Assembly (NCBI GenBank): GCA_964470965.1
Contig: CAYYIS010000005.1
Coordinates: forward strand, 88,057-152,056
Source: an uncultured Gemmatimonadota bacterium
GTDB taxonomy: Bacteria; JAAXHH01; JABIQT01
Direction of reading: 5' to 3'
Length of the DNA: 64,000 nt
Shown piece by piece: positions 47,311-60,280 of this stretch (position 1 is the first letter of the stretch; every line of letters begins with the position of its first letter). The notes below the pieces were generated by a model that was not told the DNA's origin, made no database searches, and was given only the letters and a program-made list of their open reading frames with translations. The position numbers and the translations under genes were made by a program.

Positions 47311-50292
47311 ATGTCCAACAATGATTTTGATTCCGGACTGGTCTGGCTGCTCAAAGTCTCCGGCCGGATTACGAGCGGCATAGTGATAACATTGTCGTTG
47401 CTGGTTCTGATCGGATGGCAATTCGAGGTGGCGGTTCTGAAGAGCATGGTCCAGCCCGGCCGTGTATCCATGAACCCAATGACGGCCGTTGAATTTCTGT
47501 TCTCCGGTGTCAGTCTGTGGCTTCTGCTACCCCAACCACTAACCGATAAACGTCGATGGATGGGGGTGGCCTGCGCCCTTGTCGTCATCCTCATTGCTGG
47601 CGCGCGCCTGGCAGATTTCCAATTGACCGGTACAGCGGCCATCGATGATTTACTGTTCGCCTCAAAGTTGAGCGGCAGCAGGATGAGCCCGGAATCGGCC
47701 TATACCTTCATCCTCATCGCATTTGTCCTGCTGATTCTCGACATCAAAATAGTAAATTACTGGTTTCCGCTGACCGTGGTCCTCGGTGTATCCATCATAG
47801 CCCTGCTGGCGCTCACCGGAGCAATCTACAGCACGCTGGTCGCCTATCGGATCGCCGGTGATATCGCCATTCCGCTGAATACGACCCTGGGCTTCGGCTT
47901 CCTTTGTATCGGTATTCTGTGCGCCCGGCCGTTCCGGGAACCGGCAGCGACCCTGATCAGCACTACCGCTGGTGGCATCATGGCCCGGCGGCTTCTGCCA
48001 GCGGCCTTTATTATTCCGCTTGTACTGGGCTGGGCCCAGTTTCAGGGACAACGATGGGGGCTGTACGGCATAGAATTCGGCTTCTCACTGTTCGCCCTGG
48101 GCAACGTCATTGCCTTCAATGTCCTTATCTGGTGGAACGCCCGCTCCCTGGGACGAATCGACGCGGAACGAACCAGGGTGGACCGTCAGCTTTACCGACA
48201 GAACGAGCTGCTCGAACAGACCGCCCACGACCTAGTACGCTCCCAGGAGGAACTGCAGGTTGCAAAGGATGCCGCCGAAAAAGCAAACAGGGCCAAGAGC
48301 GAATTTCTGGCCAACATGAGCCACGAAATCCGAACTCCGATGAACGGCATCATCGGCATGACACAACTACTGCTCAACACCAGGCTTTCTCCTCAGCAGA
48401 GGGAATACCTGCACCTTGTAGACCAATCTGCCGATGCGCTCCTTGTGCTGCTGAATGATATTCTCGATTTCTCCAAAATAGAGGCGGGACGGCTGGAACT
48501 GGAATCGATTCCCTTCAACCTGCGGGACACCGTGGGTGACACCCTTCAGAACCTTGGCATCGCCGCATCGGATAAGGGACTGGAGCTGGCCTCCCACATA
48601 CCTCAGGATATTCCGGACGCCCTGATCGGTGATCCGGGACGACTGCGCCAGATCGTGGTTAATCTGGTGGGCAATGGAATTAAGTTTACCGAGACCGGCG
48701 AGGTCGTGGTATACGTGGAAACGGAATCCCAAAAAGACACACAATGCTGCTTGAAATTTTCCGTCAGGGATACAGGCATCGGGATTCCTGAAGATAAGCA
48801 GGAGTTTATTTTCAACGTATTCAGCCAGGCCGATCAGTCTATGTCCCGACGCTTCGGAGGCACCGGCCTGGGGCTGGCCATCTCCTCCCAGCTCACTTCA
48901 ATGATGGACGGGCGTATCTGGGTCGAAAGCGAACCAGGTAAGGGAAGCACGTTCTACTTCACGGCGATCTTCGAACAACAGAATGTACCGGAACAGGAGC
49001 CGCTGCCCATATCGGACACATTGAAAGAAATGATGGTTCTGGTGGTGGATGACAATCACACCAATCGGCTTATTGTGGAAGAGATGCTGAAAAACTGGGG
49101 TATGCGCTCCTCCAGTGTGCCCGGCGGTGAAATTGGTATTCAAGCGATGGAACGTGCCATCGAATCCGGCCAGCCGTTCCCGCTCGTTCTGATCGATTTG
49201 ATGATGCCGGAAATGGACGGGTTCTCAATGGCGGAAGAAATCCGAAAACGTCCCGAGATGGCTGACACCACCCTGATCGCGCTATCTTCCGCCGGACGTC
49301 CCGAAGAAATGTCCAGGGGCCAGGAACTGGGCATCGCCCATATCTTGATAAAACCGGTGAAACAGTCAGACCTGTTCCATGCCGTAGCACACGCCTGTCA
49401 GACTATCGGCTCCGAAGAGTTGGCGGTGAATGCGCAGGATGAAGCGGCCCAGGTTCAGCGCCCACGGAAGATTCTGCTGACGGAAGACGGTATTGTCAAC
49501 CAGAAGGTGGCGGTAATGATGCTGGAGGCCCGCGGCCATACCGTTGCGATCGCCAACAACGGCCTAGAGGCGGTGGAGCGACTCAACCAGGAGCGGTTCG
49601 ACCTGGTTCTGATGGATGTTCAGATGCCGGAAATGGACGGACTCGAAGCAACGCGAGTGATTCGAACCATAGAAAATGAAACAGACACCCACACGCCGAT
49701 CATCGCCATGACAGCACATGTGATGAAAGGTGACCGGGAACGCTGCCTGAACGCCGGTATGGACGGCTACCTCTCTAAACCCATCAGGGCGGAAACACTC
49801 TATGGTATGATCGAGAGCCTTGTCGCGGATGGGGACGGGATGGCGGACGAGGCAGTCGTCCGGACGACCGGCCCTGGGATCCATCGGGCAGAATCAGGAA
49901 ACGACTTCGAGCAGGAGCAGGACCCGTTGGTATTGGATCCCAAGGAGCAGCATGTAGAACAACTGTTCAACTGGGATACCGCACTGGAGCAGCTAAACGG
50001 TAATGAGAAAGTGCTGAAAGATATTGCGGAAATGTTCATGGAGCAATACCCGAACCTGGTACAGGCGATCCGCGGCTCCATCGAAAATGAGGACATGCCT
50101 GAACTACGGCGATCCGCACACACCCTAAAAGGCTCCGCAGCCACTTTTTCCGCTGGACCGGTTGTAAAAGCCGCCTATCGTCTGGAGACCATGGGACGGG
50201 AAATGGACATCACCGACGTGGATTCAGCCCTGAAGGATCTGGATCGGGCGCTCGCGGAGCTCGCACCGGCTTTGCTGGCCAAAACAAACTAA
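47311..50292 (+). CDS. Hybrid sensor histidine kinase: multi-TM sensor - HisKA - HATPase_c - REC - REC - Hpt
   Basis: 993 aa. About 290-aa N-terminal domain with 7-8 TM helices. H-box [17 protein letters not shown]1/G2 boxes ([23 protein letters not shown]). Two receiver domains with conserved Asp ([22 protein letters not shown]). C-terminal Hpt ([10 protein letters not shown]). Starts 35 nt after the REC-GDH gene. Confidence 0.85.
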   Translation: MSNNDFDSGLVWLLKVSGRITSGIVITLSLLVLIGWQFEVAVLKSMVQPGRVSMNPMTAVEFLFSGVSLWLLLPQPLTDKRRWMGVACALVVILIAGARLADFQLTGTAAIDDLLFASKLSGSRMSPESAYTFILIAFVLLILDIKIVNYWFPLTVVLGVSIIALLALTGAIYSTLVAYRIAGDIAIPLNTTLGFGFLCIGILCARPFREPAATLISTTAGGIMARRLLPAAFIIPLVLGWAQFQGQRWGLYGIEFGFSLFALGNVIAFNVLIWWNARSLGRIDAERTRVDRQLYRQNELLEQTAHDLVRSQEELQVAKDAAEKANRAKSEFLANMSHEIRTPMNGIIGMTQLLLNTRLSPQQREYLHLVDQSADALLVLLNDILDFSKIEAGRLELESIPFNLRDTVGDTLQNLGIAASDKGLELASHIPQDIPDALIGDPGRLRQIVVNLVGNGIKFTETGEVVVYVETESQKDTQCCLKFSVRDTGIGIPEDKQEFIFNVFSQADQSMSRRFGGTGLGLAISSQLTSMMDGRIWVESEPGKGSTFYFTAIFEQQNVPEQEPLPISDTLKEMMVLVVDDNHTNRLIVEEMLKNWGMRSSSVPGGEIGIQAMERAIESGQPFPLVLIDLMMPEMDGFSMAEEIRKRPEMADTTLIALSSAGRPEEMSRGQELGIAHILIKPVKQSDLFHAVAHACQTIGSEELAVNAQDEAAQVQRPRKILLTEDGIVNQKVAVMMLEARGHTVAIANNGLEAVERLNQERFDLVLMDVQMPEMDGLEATRVIRTIENETDTHTPIIAMTAHVMKGDRERCLNAGMDGYLSKPIRAETLYGMIESLVADGDGMADEAVVRTTGPGIHRAESGNDFEQEQDPLVLDPKEQHVEQLFNWDTALEQLNGNEKVLKDIAEMFMEQYPNLVQAIRGSIENEDMPELRRSAHTLKGSAATFSAGPVVKAAYRLETMGREMDITDVDSALKDLDRALAELAPALLAKTN

Positions 50293-50348
50293 CCGGCAGC
50301 GTACCTAAAATTTGTCCTTGCACAGCGAATATTGTGTAAGAATTATTG

Positions 50349-50377
50349 TTGACAAATTCACTGGCCCTGCATAATGT
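50349..50377 (+). promoter_or_regulatory. Sigma70-like promoter upstream of katG
   Basis: TTGACA at 50349-50354 with a cATAATgt -10 region after a 15-17 nt spacer. About 80 nt of AT-rich leader before the katG ATG. Confidence 0.45.
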
Positions 50378-50386
50378 AAGAAATAA

Positions 50387-52639
<2,253 letters not shown>

Positions 52640-52663
52640 TTTCAGAGAGTCACTGTAACGAAG

Positions 52664-52700
52664 AATGGCTCACGTACGATGTGCGTGAGCCATTTTAGTA
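52664..52700 (+). terminator. Rho-independent terminator after katG
   Basis: Perfect 11-bp stem AATGGCTCACG / CGTGAGCCATT with 9-nt loop, followed by TTAGTAT. Confidence 0.6.
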
Positions 52701-52972
52701 TGGCGGAGCCGGTTAGGTTCGTTGAGGACACCGAATGGCCGCCCCATTTTCCGCGGTTTCCTTTCCCCATCCGCCCTGTGGGCCATGTCCGCCATGCAGC
52801 TTTCCGGGGTGGATGTCACCGCGCGAGATGCCCACTGATGCCTCAGTTGACCATTTCCTGGCAATGTAAAGCGCAGTAAAACCTATGGGCCGTCATCGAG
52901 GGGAAATTCCCGTCAGTGTGTTGCGCAGGTACCGCCTGCAAAAATCGGTGTAATCCGACAACCTAGCTTTCC

Positions 52973-54661
52973 CTAAGATTCGTACAACTCAAGAAACCTC
53001 TGCTCCGACTCAACACTGCCGATAAGGATGATTTCCGATTCCGCGGGCAACCGCATGGACGGTTCCGGATTGATGTGCATAACATTGTTCGCGAACACAG
53101 CGGTTATGTAACACCCGCTGTCCTCCTGTATCGACGTCTCCGCAATCGTCATGGCCGCCAGTTTAACCGGCAGTTTAATGCGGAATAAACTTAAGCCTTC
53201 CGAGATCAGCAGGACATCGGTACGTTTGAGCAGGTTAAATATAGCGTTGCCGCCCATAGATGCGTAAGACATCACAAAATCGGCGCCGGCACGGTGTAGA
53301 GATTCTACATTGCGCTCCAGCTTCGACCGGCTGATAATCTGAATGTCTGGACACAGTTTTCGACAATACAGCGTAAGATAAATGTTGGTGTCGTCCTCGT
53401 GGGACGTGATGATCACGGCTGGCGAATCCATGATGCCAGCCTTCTTCAACGTGCTGAATTCTGCGGCGTTCCCTGGTACATACTTGTCTGAAATCCGGAC
53501 CCGGTCCTGCCGTTGCTCGATTATTCTGTAATCCAGGCCCCTCTCCTCGAGCGCCCTGCCCGCTGCACGGCCTACCCGGCCGCCTCCGATAACCACAACC
53601 GGTGCTTCGGTATGGTGGTAGATAGCGAACAGCTCATCATACAGATCGATCTGGTCCTGCGTGCCCATGATGACCAGGACCATGTGGTCCGCCAGCTCGG
53701 TGTCCGCATCGACAGTCTCAAATTGACCTCGCCACCAGATGCCAACCACTGTGACACCGGTCATCTCACGGAGCCTGCTCTCGCGCAGCGTTTTACCGAC
53801 GAGGGGCGTGCCGACGATATTCGCCTCTGCGAACAGCAGGTCCTCAAACTGACCGATCACATGGGACATCGCATCGCCGCCGGTTGCCAGGCGCCCAAGG
53901 AACTGCCCCATCATCTCCCCCAGCTGCAATACATGTGTGGCGCCCGCAAGCTCCAGGATATCTACCGAAGCCGTGGTGTTAGACGTCGCGATGATCGGGA
54001 CGGTTTCGGTTATATCACGTACCGTGAACGCAATGCTGGTATTGAGCGTGTCCCCGGCGGTCGCAGCCACAAGCGCCGCCTGATCGACGCGGGCGCTTTC
54101 ATAAGTGCCAGGATCATCCACCGCACCTAGCATAACATTAAGTCCCTGGTCATGGAGTCGGAGTGCCAGCTCCAGATCCTGAATGATAATAACGTAATCA
54201 TAATGATACTGCTTGAGCCTGATGATGAGATTGTGGGTAACCTCATCGTAATCGGTCAGGACCACATGCTCCCTGTATTCCTGAGAAAGAGATCGCGGCA
54301 CCCTGGCATTGGACTCGGCCTTACGAAGTGGTTCATATATGAATTCAATGATGCTGAACGGCAGAAGGATAAGCAGAAAAATCATACCACTCAAAAGCAC
54401 CAGGAGAGAAAAGAACCGCCCGAGATCTGTGGTAAAATTGATGTCTCCATAGCCCAAGGTGGACATGGTGACCAAGGTCCAGTAGAGCCCTGAAAAAAGG
54501 CTGTGATCCTGCCCCTCCCGCAGCATGATAATATGGAACATTACAGTCTCGATTGTGATAATCAGGACCAGTGCGACGATAAAACGGATCAAGAACCTAA
54601 AATTCTGATAGCCGATGCGTTCTTTCATCAGTTTCAAGTAATGGAATGGAGACAGATTCAT
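52973..54661 (-). CDS. Potassium channel with tandem RCK (TrkA-N/TrkA-C) domains
   Basis: 562 aa. 2-TM pore module with selectivity filter TLGYGD. Two Rossmann-type RCK domains (second begins VVVIGGGRVGRAAG). Confidence 0.8.
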   Translation of the reverse strand: MNLSPFHYLKLMKERIGYQNFRFLIRFIVALVLIITIETVMFHIIMLREGQDHSLFSGLYWTLVTMSTLGYGDINFTTDLGRFFSLLVLLSGMIFLLILLPFSIIEFIYEPLRKAESNARVPRSLSQEYREHVVLTDYDEVTHNLIIRLKQYHYDYVIIIQDLELALRLHDQGLNVMLGAVDDPGTYESARVDQAALVAATAGDTLNTSIAFTVRDITETVPIIATSNTTASVDILELAGATHVLQLGEMMGQFLGRLATGGDAMSHVIGQFEDLLFAEANIVGTPLVGKTLRESRLREMTGVTVVGIWWRGQFETVDADTELADHMVLVIMGTQDQIDLYDELFAIYHHTEAPVVVIGGGRVGRAAGRALEERGLDYRIIEQRQDRVRISDKYVPGNAAEFSTLKKAGIMDSPAVIITSHEDDTNIYLTLYCRKLCPDIQIISRSKLERNVESLHRAGADFVMSYASMGGNAIFNLLKRTDVLLISEGLSLFRIKLPVKLAAMTIAETSIQEDSGCYITAVFANNVMHINPEPSMRLPAESEIILIGSVESEQRFLELYES

Positions 54662-54983
54662 ATCACACCCCTGCGCTGTGGTCCTACCGGACTTTACCTG
54701 GCGCCCTTTCTCTCAAATAAAGTTTGGTCCGTTTAAAGTGTTTTGTGCATTCCCATGCTCCTACAAGGCGTTGTGTTTCTACGTCCATTTATTGCCTCCC
54801 GGAGGATAATACACGCCATAGTGTACGATTAAGCAGGCGCTCTGTCAAGATCAACAAGTCCTCGGCAGATGATACTCACATCTGTAGTATCCTGTTTTTT
54901 CCTTGCATAAAATCGACAGGATATTGTATTCTGTTCAGGAATTCATCATCAGTTTTCTGTAATTCTGCCGCTGAAAGGTTTTT

Positions 54984-56351
54984 ATGAATCGTGTACTGTC
55001 CGCTATTGACAGAGGGCGGGATGCTGCGCTGGATGGCTTGAGGGAATTCCTCCGAATACCCAGCGTGAGCACCCATGCTCACCACAAAGAAGATGTGCAG
55101 CACTGTGCTGAATTTTTAGCTGAAGAGATGCGTCGCATCGGGATGCATGAGGTGGAATCCATACCCACCGCCGGACATCCGATCGTGTATGGTGAATGGA
55201 TGGGCGCACCGGGGCAGCCCACAGTGCTTTTTTATGGGCATTACGACGTGCAGCCCGCAGAACCGTTTGAACTATGGGAAACGGACCCGTTTGATCCGAC
55301 CGTGCGGGGCGACGACCTGTTCGCTAGGGGATCCACTGACGATAAGGGCCAGGTGTGGCTGCATTTGAAAGCGTTAGAAGCACATTTGACACAGACAGGG
55401 CGCCTGCCGGTGAACGTCAAATGGCTTATCGAGGGGGAGGAGGAAGTCACCGGTCCCAATCTGGATGCCTATGTGGAATCGCACCAGGAAAAGCTGGCGG
55501 CAGACCTAATTCTTATTTCCGACACCACCATGTTCGACTACGATATACCGTCCATCACCTATGGGCTGCGCGGTATCTGCTACATGGAAATACTGACTCA
55601 GGGACCCAACGAGGATCTTCATTCCGGCGGGTACGGCGGTTCCGTCTCCAATCCCATCAATGCCCTGGGTTCCATCATCGCACAGCTGTTGGACGACAGG
55701 GGCCGAATCACCATCCCCGGGTTCTACGATGATGTGGTGGCGTTGACGGACGGAGAGCGGGCAGCATTCGCGGCGCTGCCGTTCAATGAGGAAGCATACC
55801 GGAAACGCCTGGGCGTGGCCGCACTGGCCGGGGAGGCGGGGTACACCTCGCTCGAACGCGTCTGGGCACGGCCTACACTCGATGTCAACGGAATTCTGGG
55901 CGGGTTTACGGGTGAAGGTTCCAAGACTATCATCCCCTCGAAAGGCATGGCCAAGGTCAGCATGCGTCTGGTGCCGGAGCAGGATCCGGTTCAGATCGCG
56001 GAGTTATTCGAAAACCATGTCCGCAAGCTAACGCCGCCGGGTGTGACGATCGATTTCATCAGGCACGGCAGCGGAAAACCGTTCCTCACGCCCAAGGAAC
56101 ACCCGTTTATCCAGGCCGCAGGCAGGGCTCTAAAGAAAGGGTTCGGCAGGGCGCCCGTCTACAACCGGGAAGGCGGTTCGATACCGGTGGTGGCCACGTT
56201 TCAGGAGACGCTGGGACTGCCGACCGTCCTCATGGGCTTCGGTCTGCCGGACTGCAACGCCCATGCGCCCAATGAAAAGTTCAACCTGAAGAATTTCTAC
56301 CGAGGTATCGCCAGTGCCGCCTGGTTTTATCAGGAATTGTGCACGGACTAA
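54984..56351 (+). CDS. M20-family metallopeptidase (dipeptidase / acyl-amino-acid hydrolase type)
   Basis: 455 aa. M20 metal-binding signatures (HYDVQP, GSTDDKG, IEGEEE) and dimerisation domain. Confidence 0.75.
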   Translation: MNRVLSAIDRGRDAALDGLREFLRIPSVSTHAHHKEDVQHCAEFLAEEMRRIGMHEVESIPTAGHPIVYGEWMGAPGQPTVLFYGHYDVQPAEPFELWETDPFDPTVRGDDLFARGSTDDKGQVWLHLKALEAHLTQTGRLPVNVKWLIEGEEEVTGPNLDAYVESHQEKLAADLILISDTTMFDYDIPSITYGLRGICYMEILTQGPNEDLHSGGYGGSVSNPINALGSIIAQLLDDRGRITIPGFYDDVVALTDGERAAFAALPFNEEAYRKRLGVAALAGEAGYTSLERVWARPTLDVNGILGGFTGEGSKTIIPSKGMAKVSMRLVPEQDPVQIAELFENHVRKLTPPGVTIDFIRHGSGKPFLTPKEHPFIQAAGRALKKGFGRAPVYNREGGSIPVVATFQETLGLPTVLMGFGLPDCNAHAPNEKFNLKNFYRGIASAAWFYQELCTD

Positions 56352-56352
56352 T

Positions 56353-57432
56353 ATGTATAAGAACTTCTATCACGAAAAAACCGTCCTCGTTACCGGGGTC
56401 GCGGGATTCAAAGGGGCCTGGCTGGCTATGGCACTGCTCGATGCGGGTGCACGTAAGATTATCGGTCTCGATAAAGAGCAGCTTCCACGGTCCAATTTCG
56501 CCATGTCCGGCATGGATCAGGTGGTCACGTACGTTCAGGGAGACATCCGGGACCAGAGTTTGGTGCAGCGGCTATTGACCAAATATCAGGTGGAAGTGGT
56601 GTTCCATCTGGCTGCGCAACCGATTGTCCGAACCGCCTACCGGAACCCGATGGAAACAATCGGCTCCAACGTCATGGGAACGGCATCGGTGCTCGAGGCG
56701 GTGCGCCAGGCGGGCACGGTTACGCGTGTTGTGGTGGCCACATCCGACAAGGCATATTTCGACAAAGGCGGAGATTTGTACACCGAAGACGACCGCCTCC
56801 AGGGCAACGACATTTACAGCGCCTCCAAAAGCGCCGCGGACATCCTCACGTCTTCCTGGATTAAAAACTACTATTGTGCGGACGGAATCCACTGCGGCAT
56901 CGTCCGCTGCGGCAACATCATCGGCGGTGGCGACTGGTCGAGCGGCCGCATCGTGACCGACTGTGTCACCGCGCTCGCTGAAGGGCGAAAACCGGATATT
57001 CACAACCCGAATATGGTACGGGACTACTTCTACGTGCTGGACGCCATCAGCGGTTACATGAGCCTGGGCGCCGAACTGGATGGGGACGGCATAAGTGGCG
57101 AAGGGTTCAATTTCGGCCCCCACGATCACGATATTGAAAACAAGGACCTAGCTACCCGGATTTGCGACTCATGGGGCGATGACGCCGGATGGCAGCATAC
57201 GCCGACGCAGGAACCGTTCCCAGAAATCCGTAAACAAACACTCTCATGGGAGAAAGCAAACCACCGGCTTAATTGGGCACCCGCCTATTCGCTCAACGAG
57301 GCATTGGATGATACCGTCACCTGGTATAAAGACTGGGAGAAGGAGCCGCTGGCCGAATTGAACATGGTCCTCCTGCACCGGCATCGGGACAGGGCAAAGG
57401 CGGAGGGATTATCCTGGGCTGCAGAAAATTGA
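56353..57432 (+). CDS. CDP-glucose 4,6-dehydratase-like NAD-dependent dehydratase
   Basis: Start at MYKNFY (ATG 56353, one nt after the M20 stop). TGVAGFKGAWL matches the TG(H)TGFKGSWL signature of RfbG. YxxxK (YSASK). Confidence 0.7.
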   Translation: MYKNFYHEKTVLVTGVAGFKGAWLAMALLDAGARKIIGLDKEQLPRSNFAMSGMDQVVTYVQGDIRDQSLVQRLLTKYQVEVVFHLAAQPIVRTAYRNPMETIGSNVMGTASVLEAVRQAGTVTRVVVATSDKAYFDKGGDLYTEDDRLQGNDIYSASKSAADILTSSWIKNYYCADGIHCGIVRCGNIIGGGDWSSGRIVTDCVTALAEGRKPDIHNPNMVRDYFYVLDAISGYMSLGAELDGDGISGEGFNFGPHDHDIENKDLATRICDSWGDDAGWQHTPTQEPFPEIRKQTLSWEKANHRLNWAPAYSLNEALDDTVTWYKDWEKEPLAELNMVLLHRHRDRAKAEGLSWAAEN

Positions 57433-57529
57433 GAGTGATTGATCCCTCTTTCTCTTCATCGATCGCTTTGCAATTCCCTTGTTTATTAATTCACTGGTCC
57501 ATTGAAAAAATGTCAGACTGGAACCATAA

Positions 57530-58357
57530 ATGAAAAGTTTGCATGATAAGGTTGCCATCGTTACCGGCGGAGCTCTGGGGATTGGTGGGGCTACGGCCCG
57601 GCGATTGGCCGATGAGGGAGCGAAGGTGGTGGTGGCTGACTACAAGGAGGAAGCGGCCCGCGACAACGCGGCGCGGATTCGTGAGGCTGGTGGGGTGGCC
57701 GAGGCTCTCAGGGCGGATGTGTCAAAGGCTCATGATATTGAGTACATGGTCCAATACGCGGTCGAACAATTCGGAACGCTTCATATCCTCGTCAACAACG
57801 CCTGGGGCGCTAAAGAAAGCGATGGTACGGCGGAGACAATCACGGAAACCGCTTGGGATTACGCGGTGGATTCCATGTTGCGGGCCGTCCTTCGAGGTGT
57901 GAAGCATGCAGTCCCGCATATGCGCGCCGCCGGCAGCGGCGCTATCGTCAACATCGCATCCGTACATGGACTGCTGATGGCGCCCGGCCACCTGGCCTAT
58001 GAAACGCTCAAGTCGGCCGTGATCGGCATGACCAGGCAGATGGCGTGTGATTTTGGAGTGGACGGTATTACGGTGAATGCTATCTGTCCGGGCCATATCG
58101 TTACCGAAGGCGGCCAGAAGCACTGGGAGAAAAACCCGAGCCTGCATAAACTTATCATCGATCAGTACCCGGTCCACCGTACCGGCGTGCCGGACGATAT
58201 CGCCAACGCGATCCGGTTTCTCGTTTCCGACGAAGCCACCTTTATCACCGGGCACACTCTGGTGGTGGACGGCGGCTTGACCATCCAACTACAGGAAAAT
58301 CTGGGACTGGCCCAGGCCAGGTTTTTCAGGGATACTCCGGAAACGGATCTGGGTTAA
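57530..58357 (+). CDS. Short-chain dehydrogenase/reductase (SDR)
   Basis: 275 aa. TGGALGIG cofactor motif, NNAG motif, catalytic YxxxK (YETLK). Confidence 0.8.
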   Translation: MKSLHDKVAIVTGGALGIGGATARRLADEGAKVVVADYKEEAARDNAARIREAGGVAEALRADVSKAHDIEYMVQYAVEQFGTLHILVNNAWGAKESDGTAETITETAWDYAVDSMLRAVLRGVKHAVPHMRAAGSGAIVNIASVHGLLMAPGHLAYETLKSAVIGMTRQMACDFGVDGITVNAICPGHIVTEGGQKHWEKNPSLHKLIIDQYPVHRTGVPDDIANAIRFLVSDEATFITGHTLVVDGGLTIQLQENLGLAQARFFRDTPETDLG

Positions 58358-58652
58358 TGAGCTACCGCCGTCTTTTACCGCCCTAACCCTTCTTCGCCCT
58401 ATTTCCCGGTCCTGGCGGACATACATAAAGACGGTGAGTACCTTCCTGTACTACCGACTTCTGCAATCTAAGTCGGATACCAATTAATAAATCGCACCGG
58501 ATGGATAACGCTGGGCAGGCAGTGGGCGATAACTATGCTATTGCGGGCTGTCATCAGTTCAGTGAAGCTGGCCTTTTTACCTCGGCCTTCCCCTATCTGT
58601 CCTAAAAACGCTTTAACACTCATATGCCCGCACAATCAGGGCCCTCTGCGTG

Positions 58653-59666
58653 TTAAATCCGGCCACCGTTCTTCTTAAGCCGATTCTTGGCGTTCACGTG
58701 TTCCCGATTGGAGCGGGAAAAAATATGGCCACCGTCTCCTCGGGCCACGAAGTACAGGTAGGGCACGTCCGATGGATTCAGAGCCGCCTCAATGGCGGCA
58801 GCGCCCGGGCTGCTGATGGGACCGGGCGGTAAGCCTGCGTGCAGGTAGGTGTTGTACGGTGAGGGAATCTTGAGATCCTTGTCGAGCAGGACCGCTTTGG
58901 GTTCTCCAAGGACATACTGAACTGTGGCGCAGGACTCCAGACGCCGACCGCTTTGTAAACGGTTATGGAACACGCCGGAGATGGTGTGGCGCTCAGAAGC
59001 GAGCTGTGCCTCACCTTCTATGATAGAGGCAAGCGTCATGATTTCATGAATGCTCATCTCCAATTTTTTTGCTTTCTCACGGTTTTCAGGAGACATGATC
59101 TTGTGGAACAGTTCGGTCATTTCACCAATGACCAGGTCGGGTGCAATACCTCTGTAAAATTTGTATGTATTAGGAAATAGGTAACCTTCCAGGCCGGGTG
59201 CCTCGATACCCAGTTCGGCCGCGAAATCAGGATCTGTAGCAAGTGAGATGAATAGGGTGGAATCTATGTCTATCTTCTCATGCAGAATGACCGCGATCCT
59301 ATTGATGGTCAGACCTTCGGGGATCGTTACTTGCTCCGTGCCGCCTTCTCCGCTCACCAGCGTTTCCAGAATTTCGTCTACGGTCTGTCCGGATGCCAGA
59401 GAATAGCGTCCCACTTTGATTTTGCTATCCACTTCGCGGTACCGAGCGTAAACTTTGAACCAACGGGCATCCCGGATCAATCCTTCCTGCTCCAACCGGG
59501 CGGCTATGTGGGACACGGACATACCAGGTTGCACGAACACCACGGTGGCTTCACCGGTCGCGGGCATCGGGCTTTGCAAGTAGTAAATGCCGGTAACGGA
59601 GACAGCGCCCCCAAGTAGCACAAGGAACACTAGGCATATAGCACTCGTTTTCATCCGGGACATCAT
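58653..59666 (-). CDS. mltG: Endolytic murein transglycosylase
   Basis: YceG-like domain with single N-terminal TM (MMSRMKTSAICLVFLVLLGG) and conserved ...YLYFVARGDGGHIFS... C-terminus. Start set at ATG 59666 after GGGAGG; the ORF-track start 59837 overlaps ruvX by 170 nt. Confidence 0.8.
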   Translation of the reverse strand: MMSRMKTSAICLVFLVLLGGAVSVTGIYYLQSPMPATGEATVVFVQPGMSVSHIAARLEQEGLIRDARWFKVYARYREVDSKIKVGRYSLASGQTVDEILETLVSGEGGTEQVTIPEGLTINRIAVILHEKIDIDSTLFISLATDPDFAAELGIEAPGLEGYLFPNTYKFYRGIAPDLVIGEMTELFHKIMSPENREKAKKLEMSIHEIMTLASIIEGEAQLASERHTISGVFHNRLQSGRRLESCATVQYVLGEPKAVLLDKDLKIPSPYNTYLHAGLPPGPISSPGAAAIEAALNPSDVPYLYFVARGDGGHIFSRSNREHVNAKNRLKKNGGRI

Positions 59667-60280
59667 GCCTCCCTTCCATCGGGTTCCGAATTTCCGCCAT
59701 ACCGAAAATAATCCAGGTAACTTTGAAGAATCAGCGTCGCTGCGATACGGTCTATTTCGGTTTTGCGTCTCCTGGACGGCCGCTCCATCTCGGCCATGGC
59801 CCGCTCCGCAGCCGCACTCGTGAGGCGTTCGTCCCATCTGATTACATCACAACCAGTCCGATCTTCAATTTTTTCTGCGAACGCCTGAACTGTTTTTGCC
59901 ATGGCACTTTCGGTGCCATCCATATTCATGGGGAGACCGATTACAACGGTTCTCACTTCGTGCTCAAGTATCAATTCTCCAACCTTGCCCAACACTATTT
60001 CCGGCTCCGAAGCCTCTATAGTATCAAGCCCCTGGGCGATCCAGCCATTGGAGTCACTTACCGCTACCCCTATGCGTCGTTCGCCGAAATCGATTCCCAG
60101 AATCCGCCCGCAGGTTTTGAAGGGCACAGCAGATTCAACCTCGTAGGATGAACCGTAGCCGTCCAGATTGTCCCGCTGCCGATTATACTCCCGACGATTA
60201 GGCTGTATCTGCGTCACTGGTGAACGGCTCCACTGCCGCCTTACTTTGGGTCGTTGTTCGCGTGTTTTCCTAGCCATCAT
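59663..60280 (-). CDS. ruvX: Putative pre-16S rRNA nuclease / Holliday-junction-resolvase-like protein
   Basis: YqgF/RuvX core ILGIDFGERRIGVAVSD...VVIGLPMNMDGTES. 4-nt overlap with mltG (classic yqgF-yceG pairing). ORF has a 60-aa Arg/Gln-rich N-terminal extension; true start may be internal. Confidence 0.75.
   Translation of the reverse strand: MMARKTREQRPKVRRQWSRSPVTQIQPNRREYNRQRDNLDGYGSSYEVESAVPFKTCGRILGIDFGERRIGVAVSDSNGWIAQGLDTIEASEPEIVLGKVGELILEHEVRTVVIGLPMNMDGTESAMAKTVQAFAEKIEDRTGCDVIRWDERLTSAAAERAMAEMERPSRRRKTEIDRIAATLILQSYLDYFRYGGNSEPDGREA

Noticed and set aside
58653-59837. Long N-terminal extension of mltG (ORF-track start 59837) overlapping ruvX by about 170 nt
   Set aside because: The extension is Gly/Arg-rich and precedes the real signal-anchor. 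ATG 59666 with GGGAGG gives the standard 4-nt ruvX-mltG overlap.
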